DNA of 64,000 nt from Selaginella moellendorffii. Taxonomy: Eukaryota > Plantae > Lycopodiophyta. Numbering within the stretch: the first letter of the stretch is position 1; each line of letters begins with the position of its first letter. The notes under the pieces were generated by a model. It was given only the letters and a program-made list of their open reading frames with translations, did not search any database and had not been told where the DNA came from. Positions 36,471-49,221 of this stretch are shown here, piece by piece. The stretch spans positions 714,086-778,085 of the forward strand of contig NW_003314325.1 in NCBI RefSeq assembly GCF_000143415.4, written 5' to 3'. The position numbers and the translations under genes were made by a program.

Positions 36471-36791
36471 ATGGAGATCAGGAAGTTAATGGTGGTGGTG
36501 ATGGTGGCGCTACTGTTGCTCGCAGTAGAGCTAAAGGGAGTGGAAGAAGTGGGCGGGGAAAGAAGAGATCTTCGAAGCGGCGGAGGTGGATCAAGAGGTG
36601 GAGGATCCAGAGGAAGCGGTGGATCGAAAGGAGGAGAATCAAAAGGAGGATCGAGAGGAGGAAGGATTCCAAGGAGCCCAGTAATCGTAGCTGGTGGATC
36701 TCATCGCCACAGTGACTCTTCTCGGTGCTCCGCCAGCGCCACTGCCACCGCCGCCACCGCCGCCATCGCCGCCGCTTTGGCTTTCCTGTAA
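36471..36791 (+). CDS. Small Gly-rich secreted, possibly GPI-anchored protein, 106 aa
   Basis: Hydrophobic signal peptide, GGSRGG repeats, Ser-rich spacer and C-terminal Ala-rich hydrophobic tail. Confidence 0.7.
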   Translation: MEIRKLMVVVMVALLLLAVELKGVEEVGGERRDLRSGGGGSRGGGSRGSGGSKGGESKGGSRGGRIPRSPVIVAGGSHRHSDSSRCSASATATAATAAIAAALAFL

Positions 36792-36896
36792 GGACGTGGA
36801 ATATGCTTCTTGTACATTTGGCATCTACTGTTTTGAGTAAAAACCTTTTTTTTTTCGTGTTCTCCTTTATCTCCTTTAATTTAGGGTTCTTCGATA

Positions 36897-38811
36897 ATGG
36901 CGTCGCGCACCTGTGTGTTGGCGTGGTGCGTTTCGATCGTTTCTCTTGCCGCGCGCGGTACTGATTGATTGACGCTGGCTGTGATTTGCAGGGGAGCCGG
37001 CGAGGACGGGCAGCTCGGGCTCGGCAATCTCCAGGACAAGGATTCCGTGTGCGTTGTCGATGCGCTGCGCGATCACAATGTAGTCAGCGTCGTGGCCGGG
37101 AGCCGCAACTCCCTGGCGATCTGTGAGGACGGCCGGGTGAGCAGCGAATCGATCGGTATTTCGAAAGAGGTCGTAATATTTCTTGTCGCAGCTCTTTACT
37201 TGGGGATGGAACCAGCGCGGCACTCTGGGGCATCCTCCAGAGACCAAGACGGAGAGCACGCCAAGCCAGGTAGAGTGTGGTGTAGATTTTTGGTGCCTAA
37301 TCGCTCCCTGCAAGACATTTCCAGCAGGGATCTGAGATCTCGGACTTTGCAGGTCAAGGCTTTGGCAAATGTGAAAATTGTCCAGGTAAGATCGCTCATA
37401 CTTTTTCTTTTTGTAGTTAAAGACTGTCTATCACAGGCTGCGATTGGAGGCTGGCATTGCTTGGCTGTGGATGAAGAGGGAAGAACATATGCATGGGGTA
37501 AGAAAAGAATTGCTTTTGCGAGGAAATCCTTTGCATTTTCTTTCCAGGAGGTAACGAGTATGGTCAGTGCGCTGAAGAGCAGCAAACCAAAGAGCAGCAA
37601 AACAAAGGCGAGAGTAAAGTTCTCCACCGTGACATCACTATTCCTCAGAGATGTGCTCCTCGTCTATGCGTCCGGCAGTTGAGTAGGCTATTTGGAAATC
37701 TTTCTTGTCGTAGCTTGGTGGCCTTTCCTTGCTAAGATTCTCTTTTTTTCTTCTTTCAGGTAGCAGCGGGTGGCACACACTCGGTGGTCCTTACAGAGGA
37801 AGGACATGTTTGGACCTGGGGACAACCATGGCCTCCCGGCGACATGTAAGCTTTTTCTGGTGAGACTTTCTTTTTGGCTGATTGGTGGCTTTTTGCGTTC
37901 CAGCAAGCAAATATCTGTTCCAGTTCGCGTACAGGGATTGGAGAACGTAACCATGATTGCCGTCGGTGCTTTTCACAATCTTGCGCTGGTCCAACACGGA
38001 GAAGTTTGGGCGTGGGGCAACAACGAGTACGGGCAACTCGGCACTGGAGATACCCAGCCGCGTTCTTCTCCAGTTCCTGTGAAGGGTTTGACTGGACTTG
38101 TTCTGGTTTGTACATGATTCTCTTGACTCTCTCTTACGCTTCATAAGTTTTCTTTAATGTATGCTTTCTTTGTCTTGTAAGGTTGATATTGCAGCTGGTG
38201 GCTGGCATTCTATGGCATTGACACCTGATGGAGCGGTAAGTGTCTCTCTAAGATCTCAGCGAAACAAAGAGCATATGCTGAGTTTTGACAAAACGCACAG
38301 GTGTATGGATGGGGGAGAGGAGAGCATGGACGGCTGGGTTTCGGTGATGACAAGAGCAGCAAAATGCTTCCACAGAAAGTTCATCTTCTAGCTGGAGAGC
38401 CAGTTGTGCAGGTACAGAAACTCTCTTGTTTATATGTTTTCTCTTTTCCATCCTCGGAAGGATTTTGAGAATTGTACGCAAGTTTACAGGTTTCGTGTGG
38501 TGGCACGCATTCCGTGGCAGCAACAATCAGCGGTCGCATGTTCTCGGTAAGTTCGTGTAGTTTTGGATCACGTTTCAAGTCGTAGATTGATGGCTGCCTC
38601 TTACCTGGTCTAGTTTGGACGTGGTGACCACGGGCGTCTTGGCTATGGCGGAGCGGTCACGACCGGGCATCCCGTCGAAGTCCCCGTTTCTCTCCATCAC
38701 TACTCGCGGCACAACATCGTCAGTGAAGACGAGGCCAATGGTAGTACCCGGTGGGTGGTAAAACTCGTTGCCTGTGGTGGCAGGCATGCTCTCGCGGTTG
38801 CTTCATGCTAG
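36897..38811 (+). CDS. RCC1-repeat family protein, multi-exon
   Basis: MASRTCVLAW|GAGEDGQLG, VAGSRNSLA, WGWNQRGTLG, IGGWHCLA, AAGGTHS, WGNNEYGQLG, GRGEHGRLG, GRGDHGRLG; ends ACGGRHALAVASC*. Confidence 0.93.
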
Positions 38812-39959
38812 AAAACTTTTCTTCTTTCTCTTCTGCAAGCCTACGTAAGTCATTTCAGCCGGAGAAACTTCCCGAGCAGTGTTATCTTGTGAGTAAGTTT
38901 GCCAGTTTCTTACATTGTTCTGACAAATTCCTGGTGTTTTTTCCAGGGGGGATCTCTTCCAGAATGTTGTCAGCAATACGTAAATTCTTCCGTGGTTCCG
39001 GCACAAACAAACGCGAATCACATGTGGCTAGCGAGAACTCCGTATGATCTTTACTCGATTTTCTCGCTCGCTGCTACAAAAATTTCTCCAGGCATCATCG
39101 TTTTTGTTTCGATCTCCCGTGTTCCTTCCAGGAGGAACTATAGCTATTTTCGATCCTTCCAAGATCCTGCAATAGTAGCAAGAAGAACTACGTTTTACCT
39201 CCCGGATGGAACTAAATTGTTAGCCTCCAGCGTGGAACACATGGAACAAGGACAGTGGTCCCAAAGTACGCACGGACAAGTCACGCCTAGACACCACGTA
39301 AAACATCGCGAAAAGAAAATCACTCCAAGGAGATTTTACTTAGATTGTTGTGTTGGAGAATAGCATGCTACGTGGTTTGATAAGAGGCCATGTCGATTTT
39401 GTCACTTTCACCACCTTAGCATGAGAATTTTAACCATGACGAGAGTTATTTTGACATCACACAACACAAATTCAACCCACCTGTCATTACGAACAAATAA
39501 CGACAATGAGCCCACGGGACTCGAACCTGGGACCTCCTAATCGCATCTCGGGAAGATTCCATTTATAGGAGCTTCCCTTGCGTGCCCTCTCACTCTCTTT
39601 CATTCTCTCCTTGGCTCTGTCGAGTACATCGTCACTGGCGGAGGCGGCGCTACAAACATTGATCGGTTCTCCAAAGTCCAGGCTCTGCCGCTAGGCGGTG
39701 GCAGAGTTCGTCACGTCTCGCTCATCGATCCTGCGCCGATTTATGCCGCGCTCGATCGATCCAGGTTACTGTAAGTGAAGTGCTGCATTTCTCAGGGATC
39801 CTCCTCGATAGCGCTCCTCCATCGTTCCTTCTCCTCGAAATATCGCTCCTCCATCGATCTCTCCTCCTCCCCCACCAATGTTTCTTCCCGAAATTCTTTT
39901 CTTTTCTCGAAATATTTTCCCTACTTGTCGATCGATTCCACTCTCCAGCGACTCTCACC

Positions 39960-41183
39960 ATGGCGGAGCTCGAGAAATCCACGGCGGACAGGGAATACCG
40001 CACATCGGACACCCTGCTTGTGAGAATCGCCGAGCGGCCCATTGCTGTCGCCGCTATCTTCTTCCTCACTGCTATCTTCCCCTGGGTCGTCTACTTCTAC
40101 GCTCCAGCGCTTGCCGAGGCATTCCAGTCGACGAGCTACACGGATCTCATCCAGTGGCTGTCCTTGCCAGTGCTCTTCCTCCTCGTCAACTGTGTGGTGT
40201 TCTTCCTGTGGATCAATCACTCCAAGAGCAGCAGTGGCAGTGGCAGTGGCATCGCTAGAGCTCCTTCCTCCATCGCGGGGGAGAGCTTGATCGGCAACAG
40301 CGAAGATTGGGGCAGTGTTTTTGATGCTCATCGCCAGGTGAAGAAGGATGAGAGTAGCACTACTGTAGCTGACAGTCCCAAGGCTCGGGAATCGGACCCT
40401 TCGTTCTCATCGTCATCGGAATCCGAGAGAGAGGAAGAAGAAGAACGACGAGAAGTTGATGAACTTCGAAGAAAGCTAGAGCTTCCAGCAAGAGAAGAAC
40501 AAGAGCCCCAAGAAAAGAAGCGTCCGGCAAAGAAGATCTCCTCAAAGCTCGAGGAGGAACGCGATCATCAGCCTCCGGCAAAGAAGATCTCCTCAAAGCT
40601 CGAGGAGGAACGCGATCATCAGCCTCCGGCAAAGAAGATCTCCACAAAGCTCGAGGGGGAACGCGATCAACCGGCTCCATCTCCAACACCATCGAGGAAG
40701 AAGTCCGCCAGGAACGAGCAATTGGAGTCGATCGACGAGCAGAGAGTGTCCAGGCCGAGGCACAAGAAGACCCAATCGCTCAAGCTGGACGCCAAGATGC
40801 TGGAGGAGATCCACGCCGCGGCGGACAAGGAGCACCAGGAGCAGCAGCAGCAGAAGCAGACGCAGGCGCATCGGGTGACGAGGAGGAACTCGTCGCCCAA
40901 GTCGAGAACGCCCACGCCATCTTCCTTTGGGCTGGAGATCGATCCCAAGCACGTCACCCGGAGGAATTCGTCGCCAAAGACCATGACGCCCACGGCCTCG
41001 TCGTCGATATCAACACCCTCGCTCGCAAACACCGGCACTTACATCCCACCGTCGCGCCCGATCCCTCTCGACCGGGACGATCTCAACACCCGCATCGACA
41101 GCTTCCTCACCAAGTTTAAGATCGAGCGCCAGGAATCCAACTTGCGAGCCGCGCTCTTGAGCGACGACCAAAAGAACCGGTAA
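39960..41183 (+). CDS. DUF4408/DUF761 (cotton-fibre-expressed-like) membrane protein, intronless
   Basis: Two TM helices (second WLSLPVLFLLVNCVV), a low-complexity middle and C-terminal DDLNTRIDSFLTKFKIERQES. Confidence 0.78.
   Translation: MAELEKSTADREYRTSDTLLVRIAERPIAVAAIFFLTAIFPWVVYFYAPALAEAFQSTSYTDLIQWLSLPVLFLLVNCVVFFLWINHSKSSSGSGSGIARAPSSIAGESLIGNSEDWGSVFDAHRQVKKDESSTTVADSPKARESDPSFSSSSESEREEEEERREVDELRRKLELPAREEQEPQEKKRPAKKISSKLEEERDHQPPAKKISSKLEEERDHQPPAKKISTKLEGERDQPAPSPTPSRKKSARNEQLESIDEQRVSRPRHKKTQSLKLDAKMLEEIHAAADKEHQEQQQQKQTQAHRVTRRNSSPKSRTPTPSSFGLEIDPKHVTRRNSSPKTMTPTASSSISTPSLANTGTYIPPSRPIPLDRDDLNTRIDSFLTKFKIERQESNLRAALLSDDQKNR
40521..40675 (+). repeat. 51-bp coding tandem repeat, 3 copies (PAKKISSKLEEERDHQP)
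   Basis: ccggcaaagaagatctcc starts at 40524, 40575 and 40626. Confidence 0.93.
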
Positions 41184-41634
41184 CCTTCTGGAGCCCGTTC
41201 AGTTCCCGGACACCGTAAAGCTTGGCTGTTTCGTTACAAGGTGGCTAATCATGTGCTATCATGTGTGTGGTTCTTAGGTGAAAGGAGCTCTTCATCCGCC
41301 ATGACCCCACGAAGGAAAAGAAAGCGGGACCTTCACTGGATCTCGAGCGCGATCGATCAATCGCTTCTTTGAAGAACAAGAATGTCCACAGCTTTTTTTC
41401 TTGAAACACTGTGTAAGAAGTAAAAAAGGGAGGGATCGACCCATCGATCACGAGCGGCAGCGTCTACAGTCGATACTAGTTTTGTCAGAGCTTTCTTGTT
41501 CTTTCTCTTGGTTTTCTCCTTTTTTATTTGTTAAAATGTGTGGAAAAGGCTTTGGCCAAGATACATAGATAGATCCATTCCGGACTTTCGTGTTGCTTTT
41601 GAAAGAGACATATGGACACCACCATTGTCGGGCC

Positions 41635-42360
41635 TCATAATCCACAGCACGACCCACAACCTCTAGTGGGTGCACCTGCAAATGCAAAGCATCCATCCAA
41701 GAAGAGCATTAGAGAAAAAATCGAGAAAAAGGGGAAAAGAAGCTCCAACAAAAAGGAAAGAACTTCCTTCTTCCCTCCCTTTAAAGAATGTTACGTACTG
41801 TGATCAATGCCACGGATGTTGTCTAGTCCACCGCGTCTGCCTCCGCCACCACCACCGCCACCGCCGCCACCACCCCACCCTCCTCGACTTCCTCCGCTTG
41901 ATCTTCTCGTCCTGCCGTATTGATCTGATGCGTCCTTCTGCAATGCAACACGAGGACATCAGTCACGGGAAACCAGTGCGAATCTTTTCCGCTGGCGAGA
42001 AAACCCGGAGAGAACAGAGTTTTGTCACAAGGACTAACTTCTAAAGCTTCTAGCTTTGGGACCAGCGGGGCTCTCTATCAACAAGGTGAATCTTCAATCA
42101 ATCGTAGCTATCCTTGTCTATCTTAAAAAAAGACCAAGCGTTTTGACTGTGCCCAATCAGGCTGGACAAGACAAACACACTTACAGAGAACAAGGTGAGC
42201 AAGAAGGTGTGAATCAAGGCCAAAATCCCCCAAAAGTAGTCCGCGAGGAGGCTGAGGCTCCATGGGCGCTTGTTCTTCAATGACCCTGTTCCAATTCCAT
42301 CAGCAAGGAAGGGGAAATTGGAAACACTCGACCGATCTCACCTCCAGCAACGTACGCCAT
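41635..42360 (-). CDS. Selenoprotein K-like Gly-rich protein (plant Cys form), 4 exons
   Basis: Spliced MAYVAG|GSLKNKRPWSLSLLADYFWGILALIHTFLLTLFS|KDASDQYGR...polyG..RRGGLDNIRGIDH|SAPTRGCGSCCGL* matches the plant SelK/SelG pattern. Confidence 0.88.
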
Positions 42361-42519
42361 CGCGCGAGCTTGGAGCTCTTCCTTGCCCTAAGGCTTTTGT
42401 GTCCTTGACGCAACACGTGGCGATGCCTCATTGGACACATCGACGTCATTGTTTCAAAGGGCAACGGTTCGATTCCAGCTGGAACAAAAAAAAAGGACTT
42501 TTTTTGGAGCTCTCTTGTC

Positions 42520-44545
42520 TCAATGGCTAGTGGCCAAAGCCGTGACGAGAAGACCCAGAACAAAGAATGGTTGCGCACTAGCCTGCAAGACAAATGAGAG
42601 ATAGAATTGGTCAAAAAGAAACTTTGGGGAGTGGAAATCATGTGCTTGCCTGATACTTCACGTCGTATTTAAGTGGATCCTTTAAGAAGTACTGGAACTG
42701 GATGAGATTGGAAACAGGGAAAAGAGCGTAAGCTAGAAACTACGAGACAATCGAGCTCGCAACTTGGACAAAAGAATGCTAGCTCACCTGGAAAATTATT
42801 TGCGGAGTGATGAGTCCAAGTAATGCCAGTGCGTAGTAGAGCTTCCCAGTGGCGAATAAGTAGCCTGTGATCAAACGCGGAATAAGTGGAAGAAAAAGTC
42901 GTGTTTTCTTGTTTTCTTAAACTCGGGATTTTTAGCTGCTGACCTGCAACGGATAGCTGCGTGAGGTCGATGGAGCCAATGCATATCCACTTTGCAGTGT
43001 CGATTCCAAATGCGACTGGTAGAGACTGGGTAATCAAGCGAAAGCATTTGAACGAGTTTTGGCTAGATCCAAAGGAGAAATATAAAAGAATATCACCTGT
43101 AATCCCATGGCACGGTCTCCTTCTATGCTCTTAAAGTCGTTCACGATGGCGATTCCGAGCTGTGATGACACTGATTACAAGAGAAATGGAAAGGAAAAAC
43201 GCAAGGACGCTAACCCCTGCCGTGCTGTACAATAAAGTGAGGACGACAACGTCCCAGGAGAGCGTTCCAAAGAGAGCTTGCGAGGCCCACCTGTGTGGCG
43301 CAAAAGAGGAAATCAAAACGCGAGCGAGCGAAAGCAATGTCACGTACCAAGGCAAGGCAATGTAGCTTGAGCCGAGTGCGTAGTTTCCTATCCATCCGCT
43401 TTGCTTCAGCTGTAAAACGCAAGCTTAACTCGTACTCCTGGAGGAGTGGTCTGATACCTTTAAAGGAGGGGCAGAGTATATATATGAGAGCAAAGCGCCT
43501 CCAAGCGAAAGGCAGAATATTGTTGGAAATGAGTGACCAGCCTGTGTTTGCGAACATGTGTAAGCAAAGATTTAAAACCGAAGGACGAGATTGAAAAACA
43601 ACATACCCACACATCGAGCGTATACGCAAGACCAATGCCACCAAGAAGCAACACCCAAATTTGCGTGATTACCTGTAAAGTCGTCAGAACTCAACCAAAA
43701 ATTCATGACTTGTCGACTTACTTCGGGTTCGGATATGGCTCCTGACGGAATTGGTCTGTAAGGCTCGTTGATGGCGTCTATCTCGCGATCATACCAATCG
43801 TTGATGGTCTGAAACAGAAATATGGAAGATGAAGATAGAATCGAAAAAGGAAAATAACCTGAGTGTATCCAGTTAAGAATGGCCCGGCCATCAACATACA
43901 AGTGATGGACTTAGCAACATCCTCGATTGTCCAATGGAAATTTCCTGCAACATGCATTCTCGGTTTTTTGAGCGACCAACACGCACAAGCGTACCAGATG
44001 CCGCTGCACCACACAAGACTCCCCAGATCAATGGTGCCCATGTCACCGGTTTTGTCAACTGTAGACGGATTTTCCACTTGTCCTGCATTGAGATATCATG
44101 TGATTTAGAAATCTTCCTTTCGGTGGAAAAGTCGTTCGGCAGGCACCGTTTCTTTTCCAGCTCCTTTCATGCCAAGAAGTTGGTTCACGGCGGAAGATCT
44201 GGTATCACTGGGAGTAACTTCAGGAGCATTGGGCTTGGCTGAATCAGAGAAAAACAAATGTCAAAATTGGAAAGAAAGAAACCTTGACAAGTTCCTTACT
44301 TTTGTCTGTCTCAGTACCAGCTGCCCGAACGCTCAAACGCCCTGTTTCATGAGAATTGAGCACCTACAACAGCATGCAGCATGCCTACCTGTGTGCCGTT
44401 TCGATCGGACCCCGGCACTCCTGTGTTGAAATCTAATCCTGGCAGCCGGCATTTGAATGCAGCACCCATGAATTATTCGGCAATCAGAAACCCACAACGC
44501 TTCGGTGGTCGACGACTTTGAAAGATACAGAGATGAAAAGGCCAT
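42520..44545 (-). CDS. CHLG: Chlorophyll synthase, multi-exon
   Basis: KWKIRLQLTKPVTWAPLIWGVLCGAAASG, TINDWYDREIDAINEPYRPIPSG, YSAPPLK, GIAIVNDFKSIEGD, LPVAFG, KYQASAQPF; ends ALATSH*. Start codon is a best guess. Confidence 0.95.
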
Positions 44546-44906
44546 AGCCGCTCGCGGCACTGCTGCGGTCTGCAGAGACAAACCAAAAGATCAGAAATCC
44601 CTTGCTGTTTTGTACCTTAAGACGGACGAATATCCAATCAACATCGTGTGCGCTAGATCTAGCCACGTAAGTTTGATCTGCTCAAGTCGAGCTTACGATT
44701 AAATAGAAACTGCTCGACTTTGCATGAACGTACCTGGTCTGTTGCGGTGAGACACCGAATTCCTGGGAGGAAAAGAACACCCGCAGCTGCAAAACTATAA
44801 GGGACGGCGTGCATAGAATGAAACAAAAAACAATACCTGTCATGCCGGAACACCCGTTTTCATTTCGTGAAAAAGGATCGCTGCATTTTTATGAAGAAGG
44901 TTTGCC

Positions 44907-47603
44907 ATGGCTCCTCCATCAACAGTCACCTGTAAGTCCCGGTGCAATGTCAGTATCACGAAGGGATCTCAACCAAATGGAAAGGAACAAGGCAACCAGG
45001 ATGCAGGAAAATGTAAGCACTACTGTGGCAAAGGCACTCACGAGCTTCCTTCTTGCACAGGTCGCTCTTTCCACCCGTTGGATCCCTTGCAACCGTCGGA
45101 GATTGTAGCAGCAGCGCATGTTATCAAAACTGCACTTGCACCAACACTTGTGAGTTCTTTCTCTTTGCACGCAACCTCACGAAAATGGTTCTTACAGGCC
45201 AAAAGCGGCGTCATAAACTTCATCGAGGTGATCCTCGACGAGCCAGAGAAGACGCTGCTTGCTCTGTATCAATGTCAACTCCAAGTGAAACACAACCATC
45301 GACAGCTAGTACGTCCTCCAAGACAAGCAAGGCTGACCGTGTACAATGCACACAACAATGAAACAAGTCTCTGGGTTGTAGAATTACCAGCAGCGCCGAG
45401 AGCTCCCAAAGTCTTGTGGTGCCAGTACATTCCAGACGTCCAGCCTCCAGTGGTAAGTTTTCATAATTCCTTGCATGATAGACAAGAACGTGTAAGTGAC
45501 CAGCAGGGAACAGAGGAATACGTGCTCTGTGAAGCAATCGTAAAATCGCACAAGCCACTAATAGAGGCATTGAGAAAACGAGGAATCACTAACACTGACC
45601 TGATCATGGTGGACACCTGGTAAGCCTTGCGGAATTCGCTTGTCGGAAACATGAACTTTGTGCAGGTGCACTGGTTACCACGAAGAAAAGGATGCTCCAA
45701 GTCGTAGACTGGCGAGACCGCTTATGTTTTATAGAACTGAGAGCTCCTGTCCGATGGAAAACGGCTACGCGAGACCGATAGAAGGCCTGTCGCTGCTAGT
45801 TGATCTCCAGAACATGAATGTCGTCGAACTCGAGGAGAGAGAAGCTGCTCCGCTTCCGCCACCAGATCCAATGAGGAACTACACACCAGCTTGTGTTCCA
45901 GGAGGCCTCCGAACCGACGTCAGGCCGTTGCAGATTTTACAACCTGGAGGACCAAGTTTTGAAGTTAATGGATACGAAGTAACCTGGCAAAAGGTAAAGG
46001 TTTCTCGAGTGCTCTTGAGACTAACCTGCTCGTTTTTATCTCAGTGGTCCTTTCGCCTGGGATTTACTCCACGAGAAGGTCTAGTAATCCACAGTGTAGC
46101 GTATAGCGACGGTTCTCGAGGTCCGAGGTCTGTGGCTCACAGGTTGAGCTTCGTAGAGATGATAGTCCCTTACGGAGATCCTGCAGAACCACATTACAGA
46201 AAAAATGCTTTCGATGTAGGAGAAGACGGACTTGGGAGGAATGCTCACTCGCTGAAAAAGGTAGGATGACTAGCAGACATGTAAGCTCACGACCTGTTTG
46301 CTTTGGCAGGGATGCGATTGCTTAGGATACATTCACTACTTCGATGCGTATCTCACGGACCAAAAGGGAGACGTCGAAACACTCGAAAATGCAATATGCT
46401 TACACGAAGAAGACAATGGCATACTGTGGAAGCACAAGGATTGGAGGACAGGTCTTTCTGAAGTCCGAAGATCTAGACGGCTCACCGTTTCTTTCATATG
46501 CACTGTCGCAAACTACGACTATGGCTTCTACTGGCACTTCTACCAGGTAGATCAACAAGCATCCTAACAATCCAGACTATCACTAAAGCTCCCTACTTAG
46601 GATGGGAAAATAGAGGCTGAAGTGAAACTTACCGGCATTCTGAGCCTCGGAGCGATTCAGCCCGGCGAGCAAAGGAAAAACGGAACGGTCATAAGCACTG
46701 GATTATATGCTCCGATACACCAGCACTTTTTTGTAGCACGCATGAACATGGCAGTCGACAGCAAACCTGGAGAAGCAGAAAATCAGGTACTTGAAGCTCA
46801 ATATGAAACTATCACCTTTCCTTGCCTCGGCTCATTGTTTCTGAGTCCTTGTTTCTCAGGTTGTAGAGGTTAACGTTGTGCCAGAGCCACCGGGTCCAAA
46901 CAATCCTCATTGCAACGCATTCTACGCCAAGGAGACGCTGCTAAAATCCGAAATGCAAGCTCAGAGAGACTGCAATCCTTTATCTGCACGACACTGGATA
47001 GTAAGTAGACTCAACAACGAAGAAAAAACTTCATGCTCGACTTCTATGACAATGCAGGTAAGAAACACCAAAGTTGTGAATCGAGCTGGCGGAAACACAG
47101 GCTACAAGCTTGTTCCCGGAGCAAACTGCCTGGGATTCATCGGCAAGGACGCGATGATCCTGCGAAGAGCCGAGTTTCTCAAGCACAACCTCTGGGTAAC
47201 CAGCTATAGCAAAGACGAGCTCTACCCAGCCGGCGAGTTCCCCAAGCAAAACCCCCGCATTGGAGAAGGCCTGCCGACCTGGGTGAAAAAGGACCGCGAT
47301 CTCGAGAATGCCGACATCGTCCTGTGGTAATACTCTAGGATCGATCTCTCCTTCCTCTCTTCTCGCAAAATCTCCTAGTTCTCGATCGATGCAACGCAGG
47401 TACGTATTTGGAGTGACACACATACCTAGGCTCGAGGATTGGCCCGTGATGCCAGTGGAGCGCATCGGATTCACACTCACGGTAGGAATCCTCGATCGCT
47501 TGCTATGGCGCCGCTAACGAGTGATCGATGGATTGCGCAGCCGCATGGATTCTTCGACTGCTGCCCGGCGATCGACGTTCCCCCAAATCAGAATGGCGCT
47601 TAA
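44907..47603 (+). CDS. Copper amine oxidase (CuAO-zeta-like), multi-exon
   Basis: [43 protein letters not shown] (TPQ site), [34 protein letters not shown]. Confidence 0.95.
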
Positions 47604-47728
47604 ACCCTAAAGTTCAAAATAAATGCCCTTGCTCAAACCCTAAACTTCAAAATAAAAGCCCTTATAGAAGACCCTTAAAAAAATATTCTCACCAACATAT
47701 TCCTCTTCCTCTTCCAGTGTTGTATAGA

Positions 47729-48937
47729 TCAGATCTTCGTGGCTTCCTCCTCTTGCTTCTTCTGGGCATCGCGAGCGATCCCTCTCTTGCGAATGTTCAA
47801 GCTCGTCTTCAAGCGATTGGCATCGAGAGTGTGCTCCCGGAACAATCCCCTTATGAACCACAGCAGCGAGTGGAGGAAGTAGGGAGTGACGCGGGCCTCG
47901 TAGCCGATCCATCGCATCGCGCACTGCGCGTAAGTATCCGGCGAGGGACAGGCCAGAGAAGGCTTTCGCACTCGCGTCATTTTCGTGGCGACATATAGAG
48001 GAACCTGTGACAAAAAAGAAACAAAAAAGAACGAGCGATCACTTCCAAAGTTTGTGGAAATGGTCTACTGGTACCTGGCACTGGATGTCGATTCCTACAT
48101 CCCGGTACTCCACATTCAGTGACTTCGAGAATTGGTCGACGAATCTGTGCGAAAAAAAAAAGTGTTTTGCAGCTTAGAACAGCGAAACTTGAAGAAGAAG
48201 AAAGGAAGAACAATGAGAGGAGGAAGAAACCCTTTGGTCGCCGCGTAGAGCGAGTATAATGGATCCGAGGAGAGAATGGACGCTGCCCCGGAGCCCATAT
48301 TGATGATACATCCTTTCCTCCGTTTGAGCATCCCCGGGAGAACCATGTGAACCATTCTCGTCATCGCCTCCACGTTGATCCGGAGGAGATTGGTGAGGAG
48401 CTCGTCGTCCACCTCGTGAAAGAATCGCGCGTAAGGATACGACATACCCGCGTTGTTCACCAGCATTCCCACCTCGAGCCCCTCGATCGCCCGCTCGACC
48501 CTCGACACCTCGGCCCGGAGATCCGGCCCGCAGAGATCGACCACCACGGGGAGATAATCCACGCCCTTGTACAGCGCCTGGAATTCCTGGATCATGTCGC
48601 GGAGCTTGGATTCCGAGCGGCCGACGAGCACCAGATTGAGGCCGCGCTGCGCGAACTGGTGGCACAGCGCCTTGCCGATTCCATCCGTGCAGCCCGTGAC
48701 CAGCGCCCAGGCGCCGTAATCCCTGACATTCTTGGCAGGCCGGAGGAATGCGGCCCAAATCCAAATGGAAAGCGCGTAGAGGAGGCGAAATCCACAGAGC
48801 ATACCGAAGATCGCCAGCGCCTTGACAACGGGGATGTAGTGCTGGACGCATGCGAAGGCGAGAGCTGTGATTCCAATATTGCTCGCGTTCTCCATCAGGA
48901 ACTCGGACAGGATCTGCGCAGGCCCCGGTGTCGTCAT
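47729..48937 (-). CDS. KCR: Very-long-chain 3-oxoacyl-CoA reductase (SDR), 3 exons
   Basis: YGAWALVTGCTDGIGK, LVNNAGMSYPYARFFHEVD, YAATK, QVPLYVATKM. Confidence 0.94.
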
Positions 48938-49221
48938 TTCGATCGGATCGATGGAGCGAGCGAGCGAGCGCCAAGCAAAGCGCGCCGAGAATAACCTAAG
49001 CTAAAGACTCCACAAGACAATCCCCGCCGTTGGCTCCCAGACCATCGGAGCCGTCCACCGCCTTGAGCGCATTCATTGAGCGCCCAGAAGTTTGGTCTGT
49101 GACCTATTTAAAAGCGTCGGATATTCCTTTCAACGGCCAGCTTTTATTCCTTGCCAGCTCGGCACCACTCTCTCGAAATTTTGTAGGGTTCTTGCGAGTC
49201 TTCTTGGCAGATTGGGGAGAT

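Noticed and set aside
39500-39600. tRNA gene, also considered at 9350-9430 and 42410-42490
   Set aside because: Only the T-loop/B-box is present. No acceptor stem, D-arm or anticodon arm can be built.
41635-41680. Selenocysteine recoding in the SelK-like gene
   Set aside because: The C-terminus is CGSCCGL* with Cys codons, the usual land-plant form. I recognised no SECIS.
47601-47665. aaaccctaaa duplication as a telomeric remnant
   Set aside because: It is only a short local duplication in the convergent 3' UTR region, not a telomere tract.
48174-48994. Long overlapping ORFs across KCR
   Set aside because: They are shadow frames of a GC-rich exon.
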